DNA of 52,768 nucleotides from a virus (Duplodnaviria; Caudoviricetes): IMG/VR virus record IMGVR_UViG_3300006919_000075, positions 1 to 52,768 of that record; one strand, 5' to 3'. Shown piece by piece: positions 7,377 to 15,449 of this stretch (position 1 is its first letter; each line of letters starts with the position of its first letter). The notes under the pieces were generated by a model. It saw only the letters and a program-made list of their open reading frames with translations, ran no database searches and was not told where the DNA came from. The position numbers and the translations under genes were made by a program.

Positions 7377-7670
7377 ATGAGTGAAAAACTAGCCAACTGC
7401 CCCGTCTGTGGTGGGGAATGCTTCAGTCAGGTATATAGAGACTTCGTAGATGTTAAGTGCTACGCAGATGGCTGTCCCTACTCGGTTCAGTCGCCCACCA
7501 AAGCCCAAGCCATCGCCCACCACGAGCGACTAGCGGGTCGGTGTCGGTGGGAATACATAAACGAGCAGAAACAGGCAACGAAAACTAGTTGCGAATCTGC
7601 GGTGAACCTACCGTTCTCAGGGGCGTATTGCCCACACTGCGGCAAACAGATTGAGGTGGTGAAAGAATGA
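7377..7670 (+). CDS. Lar-like (restriction alleviation) zinc-ribbon protein with a second Zn finger
   Basis: LANCPVCGG...C...C...TKAQAIAHH and YCPHCGKQI. Confidence 0.65.
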   Translation: MSEKLANCPVCGGECFSQVYRDFVDVKCYADGCPYSVQSPTKAQAIAHHERLAGRCRWEYINEQKQATKTSCESAVNLPFSGAYCPHCGKQIEVVKE

Positions 7671-7903
7671 GCATCAAAGCCTTTAAAGTGATCTACAGGT
7701 ACAATCGCGGGTTCGATTCAATCGTTCTTACTCACACGCCTGGACGTGCCAAGCATAAGGCTTGGCTAGCCCTTAACGATGTCTGTTGGAGACCCACCTA
7801 CGCAGATTTGACGGTGAGAAGAGCGCCAGAATTCGACAGCTTAGCAAGTAAAATTCAGCCCGATCTTGCGGTTGGTTTGACGTGGGCTCAAGCGAATGAG
7901 TAA
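7667..7903 (+). CDS. Hypothetical phage protein
   Basis: 78 aa, ATGA-coupled; VRRAPEFD motif. Confidence 0.7.
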   Translation: MSIKAFKVIYRYNRGFDSIVLTHTPGRAKHKAWLALNDVCWRPTYADLTVRRAPEFDSLASKIQPDLAVGLTWAQANE

Positions 7904-8054
7904 ACCTTTGTGCAGGCATTGCAAGGGCTCACGTAGCTACTACAGTTCCGAGCATGATGATTACCGGTGTTGGTATTGTCATAGGCCGATCAGCAAGATT
8001 GTGATTAAGGAGGTGGAGGACCGGAGTCCACGGAGGCTCTGGAGGAAATTTTAA
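7896..8054 (+). CDS. Small zinc-ribbon protein (52 aa; not in ORF track)
   Basis: MSKPLCRHCKG...YRCWYCHRPI...; two CxxC motifs; fills the gap before the second array block. Confidence 0.6.
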   Translation: MSKPLCRHCKGSRSYYSSEHDDYRCWYCHRPISKIVIKEVEDRSPRRLWRKF

Positions 8055-8064
8055 CGTGACTAAT

Positions 8065-8271
8065 ATGAACGCAGCCGTATTGAGAGCCGGATTTAATCGG
8101 AGCGGGGGCCTGGGCAGGAGATGGACCAGGAGCAGAAGCGGAAGCAGGAGCATGAGAATGAGAATGAGCAGGTGCAATAGCTGGTGCAGGAGCAGTAGCA
8201 GGAGCAGTAGCGGGAGCTGGAGCGGGAGCAGTAGCGGGAGCGGGAGCAGTAGCGGGAGCGGGATTAAATGA
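8065..8271 (+). CDS. Ser-X repeat microprotein 9 (68 aa, MNAAVLRAGFNRS...)
   Basis: Variant leader; SR/SG tail; ATGA coupling. Confidence 0.75.
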   Translation: MNAAVLRAGFNRSGGLGRRWTRSRSGSRSMRMRMSRCNSWCRSSSRSSSGSWSGSSSGSGSSSGSGIK

Positions 8272-8354
8272 ACGCCGCCATATTGAAAGCCGGAATTAAC
8301 CGGAGCTGTAGCTGTAGCTGTAGCTGGAGCAGGATCAGGAGCAGGAGCATATGA
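8268..8354 (+). CDS. Ser-X repeat microprotein 10 (28 aa; not in ORF track)
   Basis: MNAAILKAGINRSCSCSCSWSRIRSRSI. Confidence 0.72.
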   Translation: MNAAILKAGINRSCSCSCSWSRIRSRSI

Positions 8355-8557
8355 ACGCAACTATAATTAGAGCAGGTCATGTCCAGACCGGCAGCAGGAG
8401 CATGAGCGGGAGCAGGATCTGGAGCAGGAGCTGGAGCGGGAGCAGGAGTGGGAGCAGGCGCCGGAGCTGGAGCGGGAGCGATAGCGGGAGATGGGGTGGG
8501 AGCTTTAGTTGGAGCCGGATCGGGTGCTGGACCAGTAGCAGGTGCGGGAGCATATGA
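8351..8557 (+). CDS. Ser-X repeat microprotein 11 (68 aa)
   Basis: MNATIIRAGHVQ leader; ATGA coupling. Confidence 0.75.
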   Translation: MNATIIRAGHVQTGSRSMSGSRIWSRSWSGSRSGSRRRSWSGSDSGRWGGSFSWSRIGCWTSSRCGSI

Positions 8558-8790
8558 ACGCAGCCATATCGAGAGCAGGATACGTCCAGAGCTGGAGCTG
8601 TAGCTGTAGCAAGAACTGGAGCTTGATCAGGAGCAGGAGCAGGAGCAGGAGCAGATTCAGTAGCAGGAGCAGGAGCAAAAGCTGGACCAGGAGCTGGAGC
8701 TGTAGCTGTAGCTGTAGCTGTAGCTGTAGCTGGACCTGGAGCAGGAGCATGAGCTGTAGCTGGACCAGGAGCAGGAGCAGGCTAATATGA
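8554..8790 (+). CDS. Ser-X repeat microprotein 12 (78 aa)
   Basis: MNAAISRAGYVQ leader; (SC)n run. Confidence 0.75.
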   Translation: MNAAISRAGYVQSWSCSCSKNWSLIRSRSRSRSRFSSRSRSKSWTRSWSCSCSCSCSCSWTWSRSMSCSWTRSRSRLI

Positions 8791-9017
8791 ACGCAGCCGT
8801 ATTGAGAGCCGGATTTAATCGGAGCGGGGGCCTGGGCAGGAGATGGACCAGGAGCAGAAGCGGAAGCAGGAGCATGAGGATGAGAATGAGCAGGTGCAAT
8901 AGCTGGTGCAGGAGCAGTAGCAGGAGTAGGAGCGGGAGTAGGAGCGGGAGCTATAGCTACAGCGGGAGCTGTATCAGGTGCTATAGCAGGAGCAGGAGTA
9001 GGAGTAGGAGCATATGA
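8787..9017 (+). CDS. Ser-X repeat microprotein 13 (76 aa)
   Basis: Leader and first ~45 aa nearly identical to unit 9. Confidence 0.75.
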   Translation: MNAAVLRAGFNRSGGLGRRWTRSRSGSRSMRMRMSRCNSWCRSSSRSRSGSRSGSYSYSGSCIRCYSRSRSRSRSI

Positions 9018-9292
9018 ACCTAGACCCAACGCCAGAACAGATAGCGGAGAACGACCGACAACGCGAGGCAATCTACGCCGAACAAGAAAGCATGAGCACC
9101 AAGACAGACACAAGCGACTATAAACCGTGCCCCTTCTGCGGATCCCAACCGGTAAGGAGAGTGGAAGGAACGCTGTTGTCTGTCTATTGCCCACAGTGCG
9201 TGACGGTTGGATTTCGAAATCACACGGATTTAGGATGTCTAGCTGACAACGAATGGAATACCAGAACAAGAAAGAAGTATGAGAGACTATAA
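9014..9292 (+). CDS. Lar family restriction-alleviation-like zinc-ribbon protein
   Basis: KPCPFCGSQP...YCPQC...EWNTR. Confidence 0.75.
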   Translation: MNLDPTPEQIAENDRQREAIYAEQESMSTKTDTSDYKPCPFCGSQPVRRVEGTLLSVYCPQCVTVGFRNHTDLGCLADNEWNTRTRKKYERL

Positions 9293-9494
9293 AGAAGTAG
9301 AGAAGAAGGCCGATAAGGCCGAGACGGAAATCAACGACCGCATCAGAGAGATGCTGTTGGATGTCATGATCGCAATCGAAGAACGCGATGAGATAATTGA
9401 GGATCTTGAACACAAAGTTGAGATCTTGACCGAGGAAAAAGAGGACGCCGAAAACCGGCTGGAAGAGATTAGGGGGAGGAGATCTTACGGATGA
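9279..9494 (+). CDS. Acidic coiled-coil hypothetical protein
   Basis: Heptad-like E/K/L pattern; overlaps both neighbours. Confidence 0.7.
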   Translation: MRDYKEVEKKADKAETEINDRIREMLLDVMIAIEERDEIIEDLEHKVEILTEEKEDAENRLEEIRGRRSYG

Positions 9495-10342
9495 AAAGAG
9501 GAAAACGAAAATCAACAAGGCGCGTGGCACGCGAGAAACTATTCAACGTCAAGCCGTCACCTGAGCGAGAGCGCGACTGGTCGATTCGGAAGGCGGGATT
9601 CAAAAAGAAACAAGTCGGCGAACTTCCGAGTCGTTACACCGTCTATGGCAATGCTGGATACAGTAGCTGGTTCGCTCGCGAGGTTGAGAGCCAAGGGCAG
9701 ACGGGGTCATGTGTGGGCTTCGCGATGGCATCTGTGTTGCGCTACCATTTAGTGATGAGCGGCAAAGCGACTCGCAGCAAATCATATCACGGTAAGCCGA
9801 GCGAGCAGTGGCTTTGGCAGGCTTCGAAGGAGATGGATCAGTTTACCGCTCATCCTTCGACGATGCTCATGTGGGACGGGACTTATCTGAAAACGGTCTT
9901 GGACGTTGCACGCAAATGGGGTTGCGTCTCTCGTAAAACGCTCCCGTTCGGCGAGCTGATCTATGAGAAAACCGACAAGGTTCTCAAGGCGGCATCTGAT
10001 TGGAAGATCAAAAGCTATCATGCGGTCAGTCCGTGGGTCGAAGGCGAAAGTCAGTTTAATGAGGCGGGTATGAAATGGTGGCTCTTCCACCACGGTCCTG
10101 TCCTCACCAGGCTCAACGTCAATGAGTCGTTCATGAAGGCGAACAAACGCACAGGCGTTCTCGATGACACGAGTAAGAAGACGAGCTACGGGCACGCTGT
10201 TTGCGTTGTCGGCTACTCAGACGATGGCGTTCTGATCAGAAATTCGTGGGGCCGACTCTGGGGCGATCAAGGCCATGTATGGGTATCGTGGCGGTATGCG
10301 CGGCTGTTCCTCACCGAAAGTTACGGAATCACAATGGACTAG
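9491..10342 (+). CDS. Papain-like (C1) cysteine peptidase
   Basis: QGQTGSCVGFA (Gln/Cys), GHAVCVVGY (His), RNSWG...WGDQG (Asn). Confidence 0.92.
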   Translation: MKRGKRKSTRRVAREKLFNVKPSPERERDWSIRKAGFKKKQVGELPSRYTVYGNAGYSSWFAREVESQGQTGSCVGFAMASVLRYHLVMSGKATRSKSYHGKPSEQWLWQASKEMDQFTAHPSTMLMWDGTYLKTVLDVARKWGCVSRKTLPFGELIYEKTDKVLKAASDWKIKSYHAVSPWVEGESQFNEAGMKWWLFHHGPVLTRLNVNESFMKANKRTGVLDDTSKKTSYGHAVCVVGYSDDGVLIRNSWGRLWGDQGHVWVSWRYARLFLTESYGITMD

Positions 10343-10347
10343 GACCT

Positions 10348-10863
10348 ATGAAACGAAAACTCATCGCACTTGTCGGAAAGAAGCAAAGCGGCAAAGACAC
10401 TTTCTTTCGCCTGCTGCACGCCCAATCATCTAGATGCAAACGCTTTGCATTTGCTGATGGAATAAAACTTGATGCCTTGATGCTCGCAGGCGTGGAAGAA
10501 ACTCTCGCGCTACATGGCAAAGAAGCTCTCAGAAAGCTCTATCAAGAAATTGGAACTGTGGCAAAACTCGGTCTCGGTGAGTCTTATTGGACCGATGCTC
10601 TTGTCGAGCAGATCAACCGAGACAACCAATTCAAAATGATCCCGGTGGTGACTGATTGTAGATTCCCTTTCGAGGCAGCTCGCCTTCGCGAAGAGTTTGA
10701 TGCCACGGTCATCAAGATCAATCGCGACACGGGCTTGGTTGACGGCCATGAATCCGAGACTCTTGTCGATGACATCGTCCCCGATCTTGAAATCGACAAT
10801 AACGGTCCCCTAACGGAGTTGAAAAAATACGCGGAAGCCATCGCGCATGATGCAACTCAGTGA
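10348..10863 (+). CDS. Deoxynucleoside monophosphate kinase
   Basis: LVGKKQSGKDT P-loop, FAFADGIK, VVTDCRFPFEA, HESET. Confidence 0.88.
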   Translation: MKRKLIALVGKKQSGKDTFFRLLHAQSSRCKRFAFADGIKLDALMLAGVEETLALHGKEALRKLYQEIGTVAKLGLGESYWTDALVEQINRDNQFKMIPVVTDCRFPFEAARLREEFDATVIKINRDTGLVDGHESETLVDDIVPDLEIDNNGPLTELKKYAEAIAHDATQ

Positions 10864-11378
10864 GCTTCTTCCCGATATATCGCCAACGATTTGAAGTCGT
10901 TATGCTTGACGGGTTTCCAGCGTATTTCCCGCTGGGAACCCTTCGAGATTTTAAGCCCCAACAGCCATTATCTTGGCCTTGGCAAGTCTTCAGATTACCC
11001 CCCGGCGTTACATTTCACCCTCGAAAACTTCGCCGCCCTGGCCAGGGAAAAGATCTCAGAATTCATAAGTGCCGGGTCCTACTACACCCAACTTTTATCG
11101 AACCCCGCGAGCTCAGGTTCGTCAGAAGAAAGTGGACGGTTGTGATTGATGGGAGGCAAGTTTATAAATCTTATAGCCTCCTGAAAGCTGTCCGAGAACT
11201 CGTCCTTCGATGGCGACGTCGATATGGATGCGAGGTCGAGTATTCGTATCGAGGATCCGTCCAACAACGCAGGCGAGCCAACAAAGACCTCATCCGACTA
11301 CCTGAAACGCTCAAAAAGCGTAAGCTCCCACGCAGCCACATCCCCAGCATTCGGCTTGTCAATGCCAAACTGCCCTGA
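10860..11378 (+). CDS. Basic hypothetical protein
   Basis: 172-aa ORF filling the operon gap; GTGA overlap. Confidence 0.55.
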   Translation: MSFFPIYRQRFEVVMLDGFPAYFPLGTLRDFKPQQPLSWPWQVFRLPPGVTFHPRKLRRPGQGKDLRIHKCRVLLHPTFIEPRELRFVRRKWTVVIDGRQVYKSYSLLKAVRELVLRWRRRYGCEVEYSYRGSVQQRRRANKDLIRLPETLKKRKLPRSHIPSIRLVNAKLP

Positions 11379-11390
11379 TAATCTCAGGAG

Positions 11391-11732
11391 ATGGCAAGTG
11401 CGCTACCAACTCCAGCCGGATGCTGTAACTGCGGCACGCCGCTATCGACATCAACTCTCGATGCGTATATCGAGAGTGCGGTCGACTCGGATCTGATTAA
11501 CCAGGTCGGGATTTTTGCTGTCGATACAGTCTCCGTCCTACGAACAATCGCGACATCGTCTGATAACAAACTCGCCACGGTCTTCGGAGCGACACCGTCG
11601 GATCTCACGCACTGGAGGTGGAACAATTCCGGAACCGGCGCTGATGATGGCCTCACGGTCATCCGACCTGCGGATTATTCGACAGCGGGGGTCTGGGAGA
11701 TTGCCGACGAAACCTCAATTGAAATTCCATGA
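11391..11732 (+). CDS. Putative virion structural protein
   Basis: WNNSGTGADDGLTVIRP...GVW resembles tail-spike N-terminal modules; start of the structural operon. Confidence 0.55.
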   Translation: MASALPTPAGCCNCGTPLSTSTLDAYIESAVDSDLINQVGIFAVDTVSVLRTIATSSDNKLATVFGATPSDLTHWRWNNSGTGADDGLTVIRPADYSTAGVWEIADETSIEIP

Positions 11733-12937
11733 GCTGTTCTACCACAAATGTAGTCATCGCACCGGGGCCGGGAGGCGCTAACGGTGTCGACGGGTCAAAC
11801 GGATCTGACGGCGTCACCGCGTTTTCGGTGACGGTGTCATCGTTCGTCGTTCCGGTTTATGATGAGCTGGTTCCCGTCAATGTCACCATCGAACTCGACC
11901 AAGCGGATTGGATCCCAGTCGGAGTCACGGTATACATCGAGGGCGCTGGATATTACATCGTCCAGGGTGTTTCCGCGGGAGCAGATCCACCTTCGATCCA
12001 GGCATCCAACAATGGCGCTGCCTCGAACACCGCAGCCGGGACGACCATCGGGGTTGGAAAGAAGGTATGCGCGGCTGGAGTTACAGGAGCCACGGCAAGC
12101 TTGTCTGGAGCGGCTGGAGGTGATCTGACCGGGACTTATCCGAATCCGACTCTGGATATTTTCACTCTAAAAGGTGAGCTCTATACTTTCACGGGAAGCG
12201 CATACGGCACCCTGACAGCGGGAACGGATAATCAAACGCTTCACGCCGATAGCGGCGAAGCGAATGGCCTTGCGTATCGAGCGATTGATTTGACGGGGGC
12301 GACGACTGATCTATCGGGCACCCTCGGGCTAGCGAACGGCGGCACTGGCGAGACATCGGCAGCGGACGCATACAATGCACTATCGCCGCTGACGACTCGA
12401 GGCGACATCGTCACGGGCGATGCCTCGGGAGCTGCCCAGCGACTGGCTTTGGGCGCTACCGGGACGGTGCTTACCTCGGATGGAAGCGATGCCTATTGGA
12501 CAGAACCTGCTTCAGCTTCATTCGGCGGAGACGCAAAGGTCGTCCGGTTCACTTCAACAGGACCGACGACACTGTCGGATACTCCAGACGATGCACAGTC
12601 GGGTGTAATATTTATTTGCACCTCGTCGAATCCTGGAAGCATCACGTTACCGAATGCCTTAGAATACGCGACCGCTTCTTCCTCGAAGTTCTTGTCGTTG
12701 CTCCAAGAGAACAACAACCAAGCTGCTGGCATGGTCGTGGCGAATGCGGACTCTGCGGGTAACGATGTTCGTAAGGCAACGACTTCGCTAGGGGCGGCAT
12801 CGTCTGTGGCGATTGCAAAACTTTCGAGTTCCCTGGCGGGAACGTATCAGATGGTGAAGTTCAGAGCCCTCCCGGATGGCGCGGGTGGAGCTTACTGGTT
12901 GCTGGATAGCTTCAACGAAGCGACGAATCTCGTCTAA
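11729..12937 (+). CDS. Tail fibre-like protein
   Basis: G/A/T/S-rich; AGGDLTGTYPNPT, LANGGTG, TTRGDIV...RLALGATGTVLTSDG fibre repeats. Confidence 0.75.
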   Translation: MSCSTTNVVIAPGPGGANGVDGSNGSDGVTAFSVTVSSFVVPVYDELVPVNVTIELDQADWIPVGVTVYIEGAGYYIVQGVSAGADPPSIQASNNGAASNTAAGTTIGVGKKVCAAGVTGATASLSGAAGGDLTGTYPNPTLDIFTLKGELYTFTGSAYGTLTAGTDNQTLHADSGEANGLAYRAIDLTGATTDLSGTLGLANGGTGETSAADAYNALSPLTTRGDIVTGDASGAAQRLALGATGTVLTSDGSDAYWTEPASASFGGDAKVVRFTSTGPTTLSDTPDDAQSGVIFICTSSNPGSITLPNALEYATASSSKFLSLLQENNNQAAGMVVANADSAGNDVRKATTSLGAASSVAIAKLSSSLAGTYQMVKFRALPDGAGGAYWLLDSFNEATNLV

Positions 12938-14703
12938 TGGCCCAATCTAAAGCCAGAGTCCAAGCTGCGGCGCAACTTTCTTTCGAGGGAGGTGTGGACT
13001 CTAATCTCTTGCCCCGGTTGCTTCGCGGCAACCAGATCGCCTGGGCAACGAATTGCAGAATCAGGGGCGGGACGATTTCACCTCGGCCTGGTTTTAGAAA
13101 GCAGGCTCTGACTTTTCCTGTTTCCGGAGACGACACTCTTTTCCAGACCGGAAAGTTCCAAGGTGCGGGATTTTATGTGGGGTCCAACGGCCTCGGAGAG
13201 TTAATGGTATCGATCGGAGGCCGGACGTTTTCGATAGACGCGGATTTTGATGCCCGAGATATCTCCCCGGAGGGTGATCCAAACAGCAGCAAAGCGGATC
13301 TTGTGACCTTCGAGCAAGCCGAGAGATGGATGATCGTCCAGGACGGTCAGGCGGCTCCCTTGATCTATAACCGGTCAGATTCGAGAAGGGCGTATGATCT
13401 CGAAGTGAGTTCGGGCAGTGTCTGTTCTTATGCGAACGGAAGGCTCTGGTGCGCGAGAGGTAATTTCTACACGGCGGGAGATCTTGTAGGATCCTCGAGC
13501 GGTGACCCGACAATCGGACGGCTGGACGCGGTCTTGAAGACCACTGAGAATACTTACTTAAACGAGGGCGGATCATTTTCAACTCCGACCAACAGCGGCA
13601 ACATCCAGTCGCTGCAAGTTTTGACGGCACTCGACACGGTCCTTGGCCAAGGTGACTTACTTGTCTTTACGGAGCAATCGATCTTCGCGACGACGGTGCC
13701 TACGGATAGGACGCAGTGGAAAAATCTTTCCTATCCAGTTCAGCGACTCGTTGCGCCCACAGGAACGGTCGGACCTTTCAGTCCCGTGAATGTCAACGGC
13801 GACATATACTATCGGTCGTCGGATGGAATCAGATCCTTGATTTCGGCAAGGCGAGATTTCAAAGACGGCGGCATGACTCCGTTGAGTTCCGAAATACAAC
13901 GGGCCTTATCTTTCGATTCTCCCGCGCTCTTGAAGCACTCGTCCGGAGTGCTCTTCGACAATCGGCTGCTCCATACGTGCATCGGGCGAACCACAGAGCG
14001 CGGCGTGGTCCATAAAGGAATCGTGAGTCTAGACTTCGATCCTGTGAGTGGGCTCCGCGTCGATGCTTCGCTCGCCTATGACGGGCTGTGGACGGGGCTT
14101 GATTTTTTTCACATCGTCAAAGGCCGTTTAGGTACGAAAGAACGCTGTTTTGTTTTCGCTCTGAGCGACTCCGATGAGATTGAGTTATGGGAATTGGACC
14201 CAGAGCTTTCAGATGACTGGACTGATTCTGATTCCTGCACTCCGATCGAGTGGTTTTTTGAAACGAAAAGCGTCTCCTTCGATAGCCCTTTTGAGATGAA
14301 GCGCCTCGATCGGTTCGAGGTCTGGCTCCGAGACGTCGCTGGAGTCGTTGACTTTTCGCTGTACACAAGACCAGATAGTTCTACTGGATGGAACCTGTGG
14401 CGTTCTTGGCAGGAAAGTGTAAAAATCCAGGACGGGCTCGATTACAACAAGCCCTCGTATCGCCCACGGCGAAGTGTCGCCAATCCACCGAATTCACAAG
14501 AGGATCTCGATCCGAAAAAGCCAGTCGATCAAGGTTACGAATTCCAGTTCAGGTTGTCCGGGACGGGCTCTGCCACAGTGGATACGCTTAGATTTTTTGC
14601 CGAACAGAGAAACGAGGATGTGTATCCTCCATGTCCGCCAGCCGTGGGCGTAGAGACCGAGAACACGAGCTGCCCCTTAGATGACTTTCCACAGATCCCA
14701 TGA
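12937..14703 (+). CDS. Tail tubular B / DNA stabilisation (nozzle)-like protein
   Basis: 588 aa, beta-rich, N-terminal GG...N...G...RPG pattern typical of P22 gp10 / T7 gp12-like proteins; gene context. Confidence 0.6.
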   Translation: MAQSKARVQAAAQLSFEGGVDSNLLPRLLRGNQIAWATNCRIRGGTISPRPGFRKQALTFPVSGDDTLFQTGKFQGAGFYVGSNGLGELMVSIGGRTFSIDADFDARDISPEGDPNSSKADLVTFEQAERWMIVQDGQAAPLIYNRSDSRRAYDLEVSSGSVCSYANGRLWCARGNFYTAGDLVGSSSGDPTIGRLDAVLKTTENTYLNEGGSFSTPTNSGNIQSLQVLTALDTVLGQGDLLVFTEQSIFATTVPTDRTQWKNLSYPVQRLVAPTGTVGPFSPVNVNGDIYYRSSDGIRSLISARRDFKDGGMTPLSSEIQRALSFDSPALLKHSSGVLFDNRLLHTCIGRTTERGVVHKGIVSLDFDPVSGLRVDASLAYDGLWTGLDFFHIVKGRLGTKERCFVFALSDSDEIELWELDPELSDDWTDSDSCTPIEWFFETKSVSFDSPFEMKRLDRFEVWLRDVAGVVDFSLYTRPDSSTGWNLWRSWQESVKIQDGLDYNKPSYRPRRSVANPPNSQEDLDPKKPVDQGYEFQFRLSGTGSATVDTLRFFAEQRNEDVYPPCPPAVGVETENTSCPLDDFPQIP

Positions 14704-15449
14704 GCACTAACGTAATTCTCCAAGCTGGAACGCTTCCGACAGATTGTTTCGCTTCGCATCAGGCCGAATACGAAGAGTATATCCGACAGACCACCGCCAC
14801 GTTGCCGGAGGATAGTGTATCCTACATCGTGTCAACTACCGCGCCATCTGCAGATGACCGGGATAAGCTGTGGATCCAGGTGGACGCGCAGAACCGTCCG
14901 ATCCGGCAATGGATATTCACCAATTCGCGGTGGGCGTGGCCGCATCCCGTGCCTTACTCAGACAAACGGCTTGTGATGTTCACCGGATCCTCCGCGGAGG
15001 TCGATACATTGGACGGGGGCGTTGCTGGAACGGCGTCAACTTTTGGGGGACCATTCTGGGAGATCGATGCGACCATGTCCTTGAAGTTCCCGCTTGGAAT
15101 TGGAACTCTGGAATCAGGCGAGACGATAGCGCCTGGAGACTCGGGGGGACAGGAACGAGTCACGTTGATTGAAAATGAACTCCCGGATCATGGGCATGTC
15201 GGTAAAGCTTACTACAGATACTCTGGAGGATCCTACTCTGAAGACCCATCCGGTGAATCTGACAATACGCTGCACCAAGGCAGTTCGCATACGACAAGTC
15301 CAAGTGGGAATTACGCGGCATCGGGAGTGCGGACGGAGTCAATCGATGTCGCCTCTGGAAAGTTTGGAAATTCCCACGACAATATGCCACCATACGTAGG
15401 CGTATATTTCATCAAGCGCACGGTTCGTGAATTTTACACTGCGTCATGA
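14700..15449 (+). CDS. Tail collar / short-fibre-like protein
   Basis: GDSGGQERVTLIENELPDHGH and HDNMPPYVGVYFIKRT motifs. Confidence 0.75.
   Translation: MSTNVILQAGTLPTDCFASHQAEYEEYIRQTTATLPEDSVSYIVSTTAPSADDRDKLWIQVDAQNRPIRQWIFTNSRWAWPHPVPYSDKRLVMFTGSSAEVDTLDGGVAGTASTFGGPFWEIDATMSLKFPLGIGTLESGETIAPGDSGGQERVTLIENELPDHGHVGKAYYRYSGGSYSEDPSGESDNTLHQGSSHTTSPSGNYAASGVRTESIDVASGKFGNSHDNMPPYVGVYFIKRTVREFYTAS

Noticed and set aside
8060-8926. DGR template/variable repeat pair
   Set aside because: No reverse transcriptase in the window and only about one difference between copies; simple duplication
5336-9017. CRISPR array (recurring ~38-nt ATGAACGC...CAGAGC repeat)
   Set aside because: Intervening segments are roughly 45-240 nt, low-complexity and related to each other; the repeats vary synonymously; there is no cas operon, and the Cas4-like gene is a standard phage replication nuclease
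5348-9530. Minus-strand poly-Leu/Gln and Pro-Ala ORFs
   Set aside because: Antisense shadows of the AGC/AGG repeats, opposite to the operon direction, with no coupling or RBS pattern
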